Assembly: GCF_001194135.2 (NCBI RefSeq)
Contig: NC_068991.1
Location: 42,771,828-42,835,827, forward strand
Source of the DNA: Octopus bimaculoides
Taxonomy: Eukaryota
Direction: 5' to 3'
Length of the DNA: 64,000 bases
The notes under the pieces are model-generated. The model was not told where the DNA came from, searched no databases, and was given only the letters and a program-made list of their open reading frames with translations. How positions within the stretch are numbered: the first letter of the stretch is position 1; each line of letters begins with the position of its first letter. This document shows, one piece after another, positions 40,309-51,937 of this stretch. The position numbers and the translations under genes are program-made.

Positions 40309-40869
40309 AAACATGGATTTAGTAGAAAGAAACTGAAAGAAGCTAATCAGTTGTATCGTAAAGCAAATACCACCATGAGTAATATCCAAACTTCAGTGGA
40401 AAAGGCAAGTCACTGAATTGGGTTAAAAAAGACAATGAGCAATGGCTAGAAGAATACTGAGCTGAACCTAATAACCAGTTGAACTCGATCATTTCAGTGA
40501 GGGAGGCTGATGCGCAATGATGCTGTCAAGAGGCAGGCCCCAAAATGGTGTGCATTCTCTCCTGATGACCCCATAAACATGCTGGCTTCCAGTATGTGGA
40601 GCTTTCAACTGGTAGCACTTGCATATATATATATATATATATATANNNNNNNNNNNNNNNNNNNNNNNNNNNNNNNNNNNNNNNNNNNNNNNNNNNNNNN
40701 NNNNNNNNNNNNNNNNNNNNNNNNNNNNNNNNNNNNNNNNNNNNNNNNNNNNNNNNNNNNNNNNNNNNNNNNNNNNNNNNNNNNNNNNNNNNNNNNNNNN
40801 NNNNNNNNNNNNNNNNNNNNNNNNNNNNNNNNNNNNNNNNNNNNNNNNNNNNNNNNNNNNNNNNNNNNN

Positions 40870-40916
<47 letters not shown>

Positions 40917-41554
40917 GTGTGTAATATATGTGTATATATATATAAAGTATATATATGTAATATATAGTAATAATAATAATAATAATAATAACAACAACAA
41001 CATCAACAATAATAATAATTATAATAATAAATTATTTGGACAAATATGTATAATTTGATTAGTGTGTTTAAATGTTGAGTAGTGCACTCTCAATATTGTT
41101 AACAAAGAAGTGCATTATAAACAGATTTATGGAACAATTACCCAGGTGCCTGCATACAGCTAAACACACATTCACATACTACGATCTAAACCAAACCTAA
41201 CTAATGCAAACCTAACCCTCACAACTCGGATTAATACCCCTGAATTAAAACCTCATATACTGAAAAAGAACAGTATCCAAATAACATCTATTTCGACATG
41301 CATCTTTACAATCCTGATGTGTATATGTATATAGATATGTATATAGATATGTGTATCTTTATATGTATGTATATATGCATGTATTTATGTGTATGTGAAT
41401 ATATATATGTGTGTATAATGCAAGTGGGTGGGTGTATGTGTATCTGGGTTTATGTATATCTCTATATGTATCTTTATGTATGTATATATATGTGTATATG
41501 CATGTGTACCTGCATATATGAGTTTGTGTATATGTATGTCCATATATTTTCGAG

Positions 41555-41955
41555 CATTAGGTCTGACGAAGGTAAAGTGGCTAGGTTCCTTTCAAGCTTT
41601 GGGCCGCATGGAGGCAAAGTGGCTGAGCTCCTTTTCAAGTGTTGGGCCTCACGGAAGCAATGACCAAGACTTTTGGCATTATGTCGTGCTTGAGAAGAAG
41701 ACCCATCAAGTCGAGCATAATTGCAGTTGCAACAGATACTGGTGTCACAGAAATGGCAACTATGCTGGTGGCACGTAAAAGCACCCATTACACTCTCAGA
41801 GTGGTTGGTCATAGGAAGGGCATCCAACCATAGAAAACCACGCCAAATCAGACTGGATCCTGGAGCAGCCTTCTAGCATGCCAGCCCGGTCAAACCAACC
41901 AACCCATGCCAGCATGGACAATGGACATTAACTGACGACGATGATGAGGATGATG
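41555..41955 (+). mobile_element. RTE-tailed SINE with a tandemly duplicated ~42-bp 5' module
   Basis: Two units aggyaaagtggct...ttcaag...tgggcc.cayrg, then the standard taaaagcaccc...ggaagggcatcc tail. Confidence 0.7.
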
Positions 41956-42140
41956 ATATGTATGTGTGTTGGATATACACAAACATGAAACTACTTGTCT
42001 AAGTATTAATCTTCTTTTCTCCTACTTTCTTTCCACATTCATACTTGAATTTTTTACGTTTCTATAATATTATTTGATTTTATTCATTCTCGAACTTGAT
42101 GGATATACAACAAGCCACCCGATACTAAAAATCTCTTGTG

Positions 42141-42210
42141 AGACTTCTTTATCAATGTAGCTGAAGAGACAGACTGATGGGTTGAAACATGTTGTACTTG
42201 ATAAAAGTCT
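42141..42210 (+). ncRNA. Degenerate minimal type-I hammerhead ribozyme (Penelope pLTR type)
   Basis: CUGAAGA at 42161-42167, 3-bp stem II (gac/gtt), GAAA at 42184-42187, palindromic ACATGT helix III, and a ~16-bp bulged helix I (42141-42159 with 42195-42210). Confidence 0.6.
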
Positions 42211-42239
42211 AATATGAAATCCATCTCCTATTATTAATT

Positions 42240-42272
<33 letters not shown>

Positions 42273-43069
42273 CACGCGCGCGCATGTGCATGTGTGTATG
42301 TATATATATATATATATATATGTATATACATGTGTATGTATATATATATANNNNNNNNNNNNNNNNNNNNNNNNNNNNNNNNNNNNNNNNNNNNNNNNNN
42401 NNNNNNNNNNNNNNNNNNNNNNNNNNNNNNNNNNNNNNNNNNNNNNNNNNNNNNNNNNNNNNNNNNNNNNNNNNNNNNNNNNNNNNNNNNNNNNNNNNNN
42501 NNNNNNNNNNNNNNNNNNNNNNNNNNNNNNNNNNNNNNNNNNNNNNNNNNNNNNNNNNNNNNNNNNNNNNNNNNNNNNNNNNNNNNNNNNNNNNNNNNNN
42601 NNNNNNNNNNNNNNNNNNNNNNNNNNNNNNNNNNNNNNNNNNNNNNNNNNNNNNNNNNNNNNNNNNNNNNNNNNNNNNNNNNNNNNNNNNNNNNNNNNNN
42701 NNNNNNNNNNNNNNNNNNNNNNNNNNNNNNNNNNNNNNNNNNNNNNNNNNNNNNNNNNNNNNNNNNNNNNNNNNNNNNNNNNNNNNNNNNNNNNNNNNNN
42801 NNNNNNNNNNNNNNNNNNNNNNNNNNNNTGTACATTTAAACACATAAGAGAGATGTCCATAATAGGACATCTAACCCGCTAGAAGGAGCAGTCAAACACC
42901 AAACCACAATTAGGGATAATTTTGAAAGGGAATGAAAAATAAAAACATTTACCATCTATTTCCTGAACCATGATGATGATATGTACATAACGAGCAAAGT
43001 AACTTGTTCTAAAATCTCTAAATGTAGTAACAATATTCACAATATATCTACCGGGGTACTGTCAATTTA

Positions 43070-43541
43070 GATAGCTGGTCCCTCAGTTTGGTCAACATTT
43101 GGCAGACTCTCCTCCTCCCATTCATTCTCCATGTTCAGCAGTCTTTCATAATGGCATCTCCAAGCTTCTTTCTTCACAGACTCATTAAAAGCAAGTGCAG
43201 ACACATTTCTCTCCTATGACATTACAAATTTCTCTCACACACTGTCTTACAATCCGAAATATTTCAGCTTGTTGGTCCTCACAGCACTGAACATCGGCAA
43301 ACTTCTTTTCTGCTTCTCCCTTGGCTAGATATACTTGTCTCCTAGCTTCCTTTATGGCTATCTGATACAGTTCCCTGCAGCCCCCATACTTCCAGGCTTG
43401 TTTCTTTGTTTTAATGGCCCTGTCTACGGCATTGTTCCACCACCACATTACCCTGGGTCTGGAAGGGACTTTGCACCCGCCACAGATTTTGTGACAGGGC
43501 CATTAGAGCAAAGTGGGGGCAGTAGGGAACTGTATCAGATA
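43070..43541 (-). mobile_element. RTE LINE fragment (EN-RT linker) with an inverted partial duplicate
   Basis: WWWNNAVDRAIK...EARRQVYLAK...AWRCHYERLLNMENEW. 43493-43541 is an inverted copy of parts of 43359-43424. Confidence 0.8.
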
Positions 43542-43552
43542 CACACACACAC

Positions 43553-45723
43553 ACTAGCAATGCATCACGGTGTTGCCTGGGTGTTATGACCTACAGCCAT
43601 ATTGTATTATTTGTTCCTTTCTTATGGGCAGAATCAGTACAGCTGATATATTGTGAACTGGATTACTGGCATAATGGAAGTTATTGTTTGTTTAAAAGTG
43701 AAGTGGGGGAGGGTACAATTTGCATGGATTTGCATGAAAGTGCTTTCTGTTCCCAAGAAGGATCACAAACTATGTATTGTTTCATCATATAAAAGAGGTT
43801 AATATGATTTTGCCTAGAAATCACATTTTCAAACTTTTAGTTTCCCTCCCGGTCCCCACCGAAATTTCTTAGTTTGTAACTTTTTTACAAATTGTTTTTT
43901 TTTTTATATCCTTGTAGAAAAATACAGAGATTATGAATCTTGGAAATATATGTTTTTTAAAGTTTAATTTTTCTTAAAGAATCACTCAATGCCCCTTCCC
44001 CCATCTTGCCCACTCATCACCAACCAGCTTTCAAAAATCTAAAAACACCCAATGTTTCACTTTCATCTGATGTTTCACGCATGCACAGAATTGTACTGAA
44101 ATAGCAGACGTAAAAAATATTAGAGCACCACCAGAAAACCTGACATGATAGAAACAACAGGTAAACGGCATCATTTCTGAAGAAACTTCCCTGCTTTCCA
44201 AAAAGCTAAAAGTGAAACGTTGGGAATTTGTAGCTTTTTGAAAGTGGTGAGGTGAGGTGATGGGTGGATGTTTGGGAAGGGGATTTTAATGTTTCTTTAA
44301 GAAAAAAGAAACAAGAAATTTGATAAAGATTTGTACTCTCTGTTTTTTTCTCCATGGATTACCAAGAAAAATATTTGAAGAAAGTATAAAATAAAGAAAT
44401 TGGGTTGGGGACGGAGAAAATTAAAGTATTGAGAACGTGTTCTTTTGGGTGAAATCCTAATCTCCTGTATTGAAAACATAGGAATCAGAAGAAATTTAGG
44501 AAAAAAATGGGGGTGGGGGGAATGTCACCTCGGACATGCTAGAAACAACAGGAGTTCTGGGAGAACTTCCTTTTAAATTTATATTGAAGATCAGGTTTTT
44601 AAATACACTCATCACAAACAGGAATTACAGAATAGAAAAAGGTGATTTCAATTGGATTTTAGCTGTAATTTTGCATGCGCACATAGCAAGAAATAACATA
44701 ATTCATATAGAAGTTTTANNNNNNNNNNGTGTGTGCCAGAGGAAGTTATTTTATGGCATTCTTTCGTTTGAAGCAGGAAAGCTGTCAACTTAATCATATG
44801 GGATATGATTGTTTGTTAATTTCCATAACTTTTTTTTTATTTCTTTAGGCTTTGAAGTGAGCAGAAAGTGAAAGAGAGGAGAAAGTGAAAGAGAGGAGAA
44901 AGTGAAACTGTAACATTTGGTTTGAAGTGAGAGCAGAGAATAAAAGAGAGGAGAAAGTGAAAGATGTATGTACCTGTATATGAAATGGATGTGTGTGTGT
45001 GAGAGAAAGGAGAGAGAGTGAGTGAAGGTGTGTGTTGTCATGTATGGGTGAGTGGCACTCACTTGGTCTGTCTCTGGCTCACACACATCTTTCATATCCA
45101 CATACATAAATACATATGCATACATCTTTTTTGTATTATATGTGCATGTGAGAGAGAGAGAGTCATAGAGAAATAGATGTCATGTAGAAAATGAGACATC
45201 ATTGTCATCGTGGTATAAAATGCTTATGATAGTTGACTTATAGAAAAGATTATAATGTAAAATTATTGTAATAAAAATAAAGTTTATTTGACAGTTGTAA
45301 GATTACTGAATGTTTTGATACTCCATATGACAAAATTGGCAACTCAGTTTTCAAATGCATAAGGAAGATATGCACGTACGCACACTCACACATACAAACT
45401 CTCTTTTATATATATGGAAGTGTCCCTGACTCTCACATTCCTTGTGTGTCTATCTCTTTCTGTCTCCTCCCCTTACCTGATATCAGCCACCCTCATTAGG
45501 CCATATTTCCCTGAACCTAATACTTTTGCGCCCGTCTCATTTTATCATGTAATAACCCAACCCCCATAGTCAGTTCATTATCAGTTTTTATTGAAATCCA
45601 ATTAGCCTATAATTGAATTGGATCTTAGTTCAACATGTATATAAAGTTTGGTGAAGATTGGTTCCTTTGTTTGGGCAGCAAGATGATAAAAGACAGACAG
45701 AAATTGCCATTTATATATAAGAT
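43553..45723 (+). mobile_element. Helentron/DINE-1-like non-autonomous element (composite)
   Basis: Starts actagc...cggtgttgcctgggt and ends aagtttggtgaagattgg...agacagacag...tttatatataagat. Contains long internal inverted repeats. Spans a small gap, so its unity is inferred. Confidence 0.45.
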
Positions 45724-45750
45724 GTATGTATGTATGTATGTATGTATTTA

Positions 45751-47028
45751 TTAGGTCATCAAATATGAAATTTGTAGAAAAGAAAAAAAAAGTTTGCTAA
45801 TGTTTTATAAATACAAGGAATAGTTTTATTCATCAAGGTATGCACCCATATTGCCAATACACTTTTGCCATTTCAGCGGTAGTTTGTCTAGCCGGGAACT
45901 GTAAAAGCCTGGCAATCTAGAGTCAATAAAATCTTGGAAGGCCTGTTTTACAGCATCGTCGGAATTAAATTTTTTTCCTATCAAAAACTTATCCAAATTC
46001 TGGAAGAAGTGGCAGTCAGTGGGGGCAAGATCAGGTGAGTATGGTGGATGATGGAGAACTTCTAACTCCAATTCCTGTAGTTTCGCCAATGTAATTTTTG
46101 TGATGAGTAGTCTGGCGTTGTCTTCCAATAAAATAGGAGTGGATCTATTGACTAATCTAGGCTGTCTTTTTTGTAAGTTTTTGCATCATTTGGTCCAGTC
46201 GGTTGCAGTATACTTTGGCTGTGATTGATGAGCCAGGTTTAATGAAATCATAATGGATCACACCCGTGCCAGACCACCAAACACACACCATCAGCTTCTT
46301 TTGATGAATTTTGCTTTTTGGACTGTGTTTTGGTGGCTCATCTTTGTCCAACCATTGTGCTAAACATTTACAATTGTTGTATTGGATCCATTTCTCATCA
46401 TTACAATTCGATTCGAAAATGATTCATTTTTGTGACAAGAAAGTAGCATAATGCAGGCTTCCAAATGTTGCTGTTTCTGATTTTCATTGAGTTCATGTGG
46501 AACCCTCTTATCCAAATTTTCCACTTTACCGATTTGAACTAGATGAGTCAATATTGTTTGCTTGCTAACATCAAACAACAATGATAATTCACAGGCACTT
46601 TGAGATGGATCTGACCTAACGGTGGCTTTCAGTTCATCATTATCCACTTTAGTTTCTGGTCGACCGCATAGCTTATTTGTGAAGTCAGTTATCAGAACAA
46701 AATTTTGCAAACCAATTTGATACTGTCTGCTGTGTAATAACATTAGAATGAAATACTCCATTAATATTCTGAGCTGTCTGTGATGCTGTATTTCCAAGAA
46801 AGAACTCAAATTTCAAAATTGTACGAATTTCCGACTTGTCCATCTCTTAACAAAAATAGCAAAACACGATTTATGAATACTTTATAAAGTGCAAAATGAG
46901 TTAGAATAAAGAAATAGATGTGTCAGCTTTCTAACAAAAATAAAGATTGTCAAAATATAATAATGGCACAAAATGAGCAGCTGTCAAAGTTTACCATGTA
47001 CCTTACTACAAATTTCACACTTGATGAC

Positions 47029-47032
<4 letters not shown>
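45751..47032 (-). mobile_element. Full-length mariner transposon (1282 bp), frameshifted transposase
   Basis: 27-bp TIRs (45751-45777 and 47006-47032, 2 mismatches) with TA on both sides. Transposase runs from ATG 46843 (MDKSEIRTILKFEF) to 45826, with GRP, VPHEL, DEKW, EDNAR and HPPYSPDLAPTD motifs. Confidence 0.95.
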
Positions 47033-47067
<35 letters not shown>

Positions 47068-47407
47068 AAAAAAAAAGAAGAAAATATAACCTGGGGTTGA
47101 TTCATTTGACTAAAAATTCTTCAAAGCAGTGCCTCAGCATGGCCACAATCTAATGACTGAAACAAGTAAACAATAAAAAAGAAAAGATAGAGTAAGCAAT
47201 TATCCTAATTTTGCTAATTATAAGGTTGTACCACCTCCAAGAATATTTTAGCAGCTTCTGGAAAACCATGCCATGACACATCTGTCAAACCATCTAATCC
47301 ATGCTGGTGCAGAAGACGGACATTAAAAATGATGATCCTCCTCCTTTACCTCTGAGAAGCTGAACTGTGTCTTCTAGATAAATGACTTAATTATACTAGC
47401 TCGAGAT

Positions 47408-47978
47408 TTAACCATTTATCTGGCCCAAATATTCTACCTGTTTTATGTTCAAACTAGCAAGATTCATCCTCTCACACCTAAAATAAACAATCATATTGTA
47501 GGTGGTGTGGTTGTGTGGCAAGAAGTTTGCTTCTTGACCATATGGTTTCAGGTTCAGTCCCACTGTGTGGTACTTTGGGTAAGTGTCTCTTATTATAACC
47601 TCAGGTCAACCAAAGCCTTGGGAGTGGATTTGGTAGATGGAAACTGAAAAAAGTCTATCACATACATGTGTGTCTTTGTGTTTCTGTTTGTCCCCAGCCA
47701 CTGTTTAACAACTAGTGTTGGTGTGTTTATATCCCTGTAACTTAGTGGTTCAACAGAAGAGACCAATAGAATAAGTATCCAGCTTTAAAAGTATAAGCAC
47801 CGGAGTCGACTCGCTTAACTGAAAATTCTTTAAGGCAGTACCCTAGCATGGCTACAGTTTGATGATTGGAAAGAAAAATAAAATAAAAGGACATCATAAA
47901 AATTTTGAAGCTACAAATAATACATGATTAGTTCAAAACAAGGGGAATTACAGAGTAATCTGAACGCTAAAGTGTTAA
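47408..47978 (-). mobile_element. TTAA MITE split by a family-A SINE (47498-47885, plus strand)
   Basis: Both flanks match the reverse complement of 50063-50290. Right end ctgaacgctaaagtgttaa. Confidence 0.7.
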
Positions 47979-48446
47979 ACTTTCAATGTTCCAAATTATA
48001 AGGGGGGGGGGGCAGTACGTGTGCATGAGAGAGAAAGACAGAGGCAGAGAGAGATTTTTGCATTTGGATAATTTGAAAAGTCATAAAATCATCTGAATAA
48101 TTCTATCATAGGTTGAATGCATTTGCTTCCTCTTCCGTTGGTTCAGTGAAGCCCAGTGCCACCATGTCTTTCTCTACAACAGATCACCCACCCATGACTC
48201 AATACCACCCAGTTTTAACACTATCACCTGATCAATGGGTACCTTTAGTAGAATCCACTTTAAGTATTCAAACATGATCCCTGGTTCCTACTCTACCCAC
48301 ATTTTCAGTAGGCATTAAACTGGAGAGGATCATCCACAACAATTTAATGAGTCAAGGAGAATTCTGGTCCTCTTCTCTTGACTATACTCTACACATTTTT
48401 ACTGCCTCACATTCTACCATTCTACATACAATATATATAAATGTTA

Positions 48447-49085
48447 AGGTGGCAAGCTGGCAGAAACGTTAGTACACTGGGCGAAATGCTTAGCGGTATT
48501 TCGTCTACCGCTACGTTCTGAGTTCAAATTCCACCGAGGTCGCTTTCATCCTTTTGGGGTCAATTAACTAAGTATCAGTTACGCACTGGGGTCGATATAA
48601 TCAACTTAATCCATTTGTCTGTTCTTGTTTGTCCCCTCTGTGTGTAGCCCCTTGTGGGTAGTAAAGAAATAAGAAACGTTAGTACGCTGGGTTAAATGCC
48701 TAGTGGTATTTCATCTGTCTTTACATTCTGAGTTCAAATTCTGCTGAGATCAGCTTTGCCTTTCATCCTTTTTTTTGGGGGGGGGGGTCGATAAATTAAG
48801 TACCAGCTGTGTACTGAGGTTGATCTAATCGACTGGCCCCCTCCCCCAAAATTTTGGGCCTTGTGCCTAGAGTAGAAAAGAATATATATATATATATAAA
48901 TGTTAAGGCGGCGAGCTGGCAGAAACATTAGCACGCCGAGTGAAATGCTTAGTGGTATTTCGTCTGTCTTTATATTCTGAGTTCAAATTCCACCGAGATC
49001 GACTTTGCCTTTCATTCTTTCGGGGTTGATAAATTAAGGATCCCCTTCCCAAAAATGTTGGGCCTTGTGCCTAGAGTAGAAAAGA
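48447..49085 (+). mobile_element. Tandem of three family-B SINE units
   Basis: Heads at ~48447, ~48673 and ~48906. The 16-mer atatatataaatgtta occurs at 48431-48446, 48890-48905 and 49086-49101. Confidence 0.9.
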
Positions 49086-49224
49086 ATATATATAAATGTT
49101 AGATGTCTAAGTTATAACTTTCTATCCAATAGTATGACTGGTGTGTAATTGATCAGTGAAGTATTATAAAATATTTGGGTTTCATGCTTCAGGACTTTTA
49201 CAGGCATGAATACGTGTAAGTATG

Positions 49225-49367
49225 GCTGTGTGAAGAAGTCTGCTTCCCAGCTACATGATTTCTGGTCCAGTCCCAGTGCTTGGCACCTTGAGCTTCTACA
49301 ATAACAGTTTTAAGCTGACTAAATCCTTGAGAGTGCATTTAGTAAATGGAAACTGACAGAAACTCAT

Positions 49368-49415
<48 letters not shown>

Positions 49416-49635
49416 CGTGCGTGTGTGATAGTTGTAAACAAGTGCCACTATCATTCAAGTGGTGTCCATTTCCTATCATGCATAAAAAACATACCTGACC
49501 ATGGGGAAATATCAGCTTGGTTGAAAACAGGTGAGAGTTAGTCATAAGGACATCTGGCTACAGAAAATTTGTTTTAACAAATTCTGTCTAACTCATGCAA
49601 GCATGGAAAAGTGAACATTAAAATACGATGATGAC
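49225..49635 (+). mobile_element. Chimeric SINE: family-A head/core, (TG)n, then RTE-type tail
   Basis: Head and ggcaccttgag core, (TG)n at ~49370-49420, then ccatggggaaatat...atgcaagcatggaaaagtgaacattaaaatacgatgatg. Confidence 0.75.
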
Positions 49636-49749
49636 TTGCAAAATACATGCACAGTAACTTAAACTAAATTTTACAATAAAAACTATGTTATTAAAACTGT
49701 CATGAAAGTAGCGAGTCACAGATAACTAAATGGCAGTAATGTTGGCTTA

Positions 49750-50046
49750 AAAAGGGTAAAGGGTAAAGATCCATTTTGGTCATGAATGATCATGGGATTG
49801 CACCCAGAAAGTTACCCTCTAAGGCACAAGTCTAGGCAAGGTTGTTTATGGAAGACCAGTAGTTGCCCATGCATACTAGCCTCCCCTCTCCATACCAGCA
49901 ATGTTATCCAAGGGAAAGGCAACAGCTGATACTGCTTGGCACCAGTGATGTCACAACTCATTTCTACAGCTAAGTGAACCATAAGATAAAGTGTCATGCT
50001 CAAGAACACAACACACAGCCTGAGCCATTGAGCCATGCACCTTCAC
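49750..50046 (-). mobile_element. tRNA-derived SINE with ctttacccttt tail
   Basis: Head gtgaaggtgcatggctc on the minus strand. Probable TSD aatgttggctta (49738-49749) / aatattgactta (50047-50058). A 3' fragment of the same family lies at ~9255-9350. Confidence 0.7.
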
Positions 50047-50062
50047 AATATTGACTTACCCT

Positions 50063-50290
50063 TTAACCCTTTAGTGTTCAGATTACTCAGCCAAATGTAA
50101 TCCATACTCATTAAAATTGCTTTGAATTAATCATACTTTATTTCATAACGTTAAGATTTAAATGATATGATTGTTTATTTTTACAATGACATTGTAAGGT
50201 AGATGTGAGAGGCCAGATGTGACCAGTGTGAACATAAAACAGGTAAAATATTCAGGCTGGATATGGCTGGTTTAAATGCTGAAGTGTTAA
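50063..50290. mobile_element. TTAA MITE with piggyBac-like ends, complete (228 bp)
   Basis: ttaaccctttagtgtt ... aatgctgaagtgttaa. Confidence 0.75.
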
Positions 50291-50881
50291 TGTTGGCTTA
50301 CCAACAGAAGAACTGACAGTTTATGCACACTCACCAATACTGCATTGCGTCCTTGACAACTAGTTTTAAATCCCAAGGGAGCAGCCACTTACCTACAAAC
50401 AGGTTGTTTTTATCCCCAAACAACCCTGATCAAGAATACCTTTAATCAATAAAATTCCGGCTGTGACCATTTGACTATTTTGTCAATCTGTGATTACATT
50501 ATCTAACGTCTACCTTAATTTGTAGATGTGGTTGCTATATCTAGCAGGTCAAGCATCCACATAGAGAGTCTTTCAGCATGTGAGTTAATACAGCAACTGA
50601 GAAGTAATTTGTTAGCTTGCAATGCTGAGTCAAAATCTTTTCAGAGTCATGTGGAATAAAACAATGGCTAAATCAATCCAGTATATTCTCAATGCGGTCA
50701 CTACATGAATGTGTTTCGATGGGTAACAAGAATTTACCTTTTTCAGTGAAAATAACTGAAATAATTTAACTGGATCATATCTGATAAAACTAGAGAAAGG
50801 TATATTACAAAGGAAGAGGGGAGAAGAGAAAAGAAAAAAGAAGCAGAAATAATATGACAATAATGATAAAATGATGGAATC

Positions 50882-51268
50882 TTTATTTTATGGTTGCATG
50901 ATACAAAACAATCATTCAATCATCCTTTTGAGAATTGATTCATGTTGCAGAAGAGGAAAACAATTGATGAAATGATTTTCTCATTCCAGAATGTTTTAGA
51001 AATATCATGTCTTCTTTTTTTTTAAATAAGGAAAAGTTTAACAAACTTTGATTATTTTCAGGTAATATACCATCAGTATTTTTTATTACCATTATTTATG
51101 ATATTTTTTTTTTAACACAATTTTAGTTTAGTTGCTGGATGCAAATCTGGTTAAAGTATAAGGACAGAATTGTAAATGGAAGAAAAATTTTAGATATGAA
51201 AAAAATTAATTTTTACATATAAAAATTATTGCAGACTAGCTTCATAATTTTAACTTATTTGCTTTATT
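50882..51268 (-). terminator. Candidate polyadenylation signals in the SRP9 3' UTR
   Basis: Minus-strand AATAAA (plus-strand tttatt) at 51263-51268, 51082-51087 and 50882-50887, downstream of the stop codon. The region is very AT-rich, so the site actually used cannot be determined. Confidence 0.35.
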
Positions 51269-51529
51269 TGTTTTCAACACTTGTTGAAGAGGAAAATGTT
51301 TTCATGATTGTGAAAAGACTAGATAATTTCCAAATGAAAATATTTTTGAATAACTACAAAAAAAAAAATCATAATATAAAGAAAGGGAAAGAAAAGTAAA
51401 TGCTTTAAAAAAAAAAAAGAAAATATCTTCCTGACACCTCTCCCAGAGCACCCATTAAAAAAGTTGCTTCTTTGCAGTTTGTACAAATCAAGATCTCAAA
51501 ATAAAGGCAGCATGGTTCCTTTATAGCAG

Positions 51530-51628
51530 CTATTTTCCTTCTTTTAAAGCCATATGCCTCATTAATTGATTTGTTAATTTCTCCAGTCTCTTTATGTCCT
51601 GAGCATGTTCTGTTTTATATTGTACACA
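51530..51628 (-). CDS. SRP9: SRP9 terminal coding exon
   Basis: Acceptor is a long T run plus cag (plus-strand ctg at 51629-51631 followed by an A run). The 99 nt translate CVQYKTEHAQDIKRLEKLTNQLMRHMALKEGK-stop (TAG at 51532-51530), matching the SRP9 C-terminal helix motif C.xYKT+.AQD+K++EK...LMR.M. Confidence 0.95.
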   Translation of the reverse strand, partial: CVQYKTEHAQDIKRLEKLTNQLMRHMALKEGK

Positions 51629-51937
51629 CTGAAAAAAAAAAAAAAAAGATTGGTGATTAGTATGGAGGCTATGGAAAATTGGGCAATAATGAAATCTGAA
51701 TCAGAGGAAAAATATGCACAATGACAAAAGGAAAAATATACAAGTATGTAAAGAGCAAAATTGAACACTTAAGTCATAGCAAATATGATACAGGAAGTAA
51801 GCTGTTGTTCAATGTAGTCAACAAATGTCTCATATGTGTAATTACTTTACTAACATTGGTAATGATCCCAAGAAAGTTATGAAGTTCACATAAAAACACT
51901 TTATCCTACTGGAAATTTGAAGCCTTATGGTGACATG

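Noticed and set aside
49738-50302. Composite SINE+MITE unit moved together (aatgttggctta at both outer ends)
   Set aside because: A third, similar copy at 50047-50058 explains it more simply as the SINE's TSD plus a small pre-existing tandem duplication.
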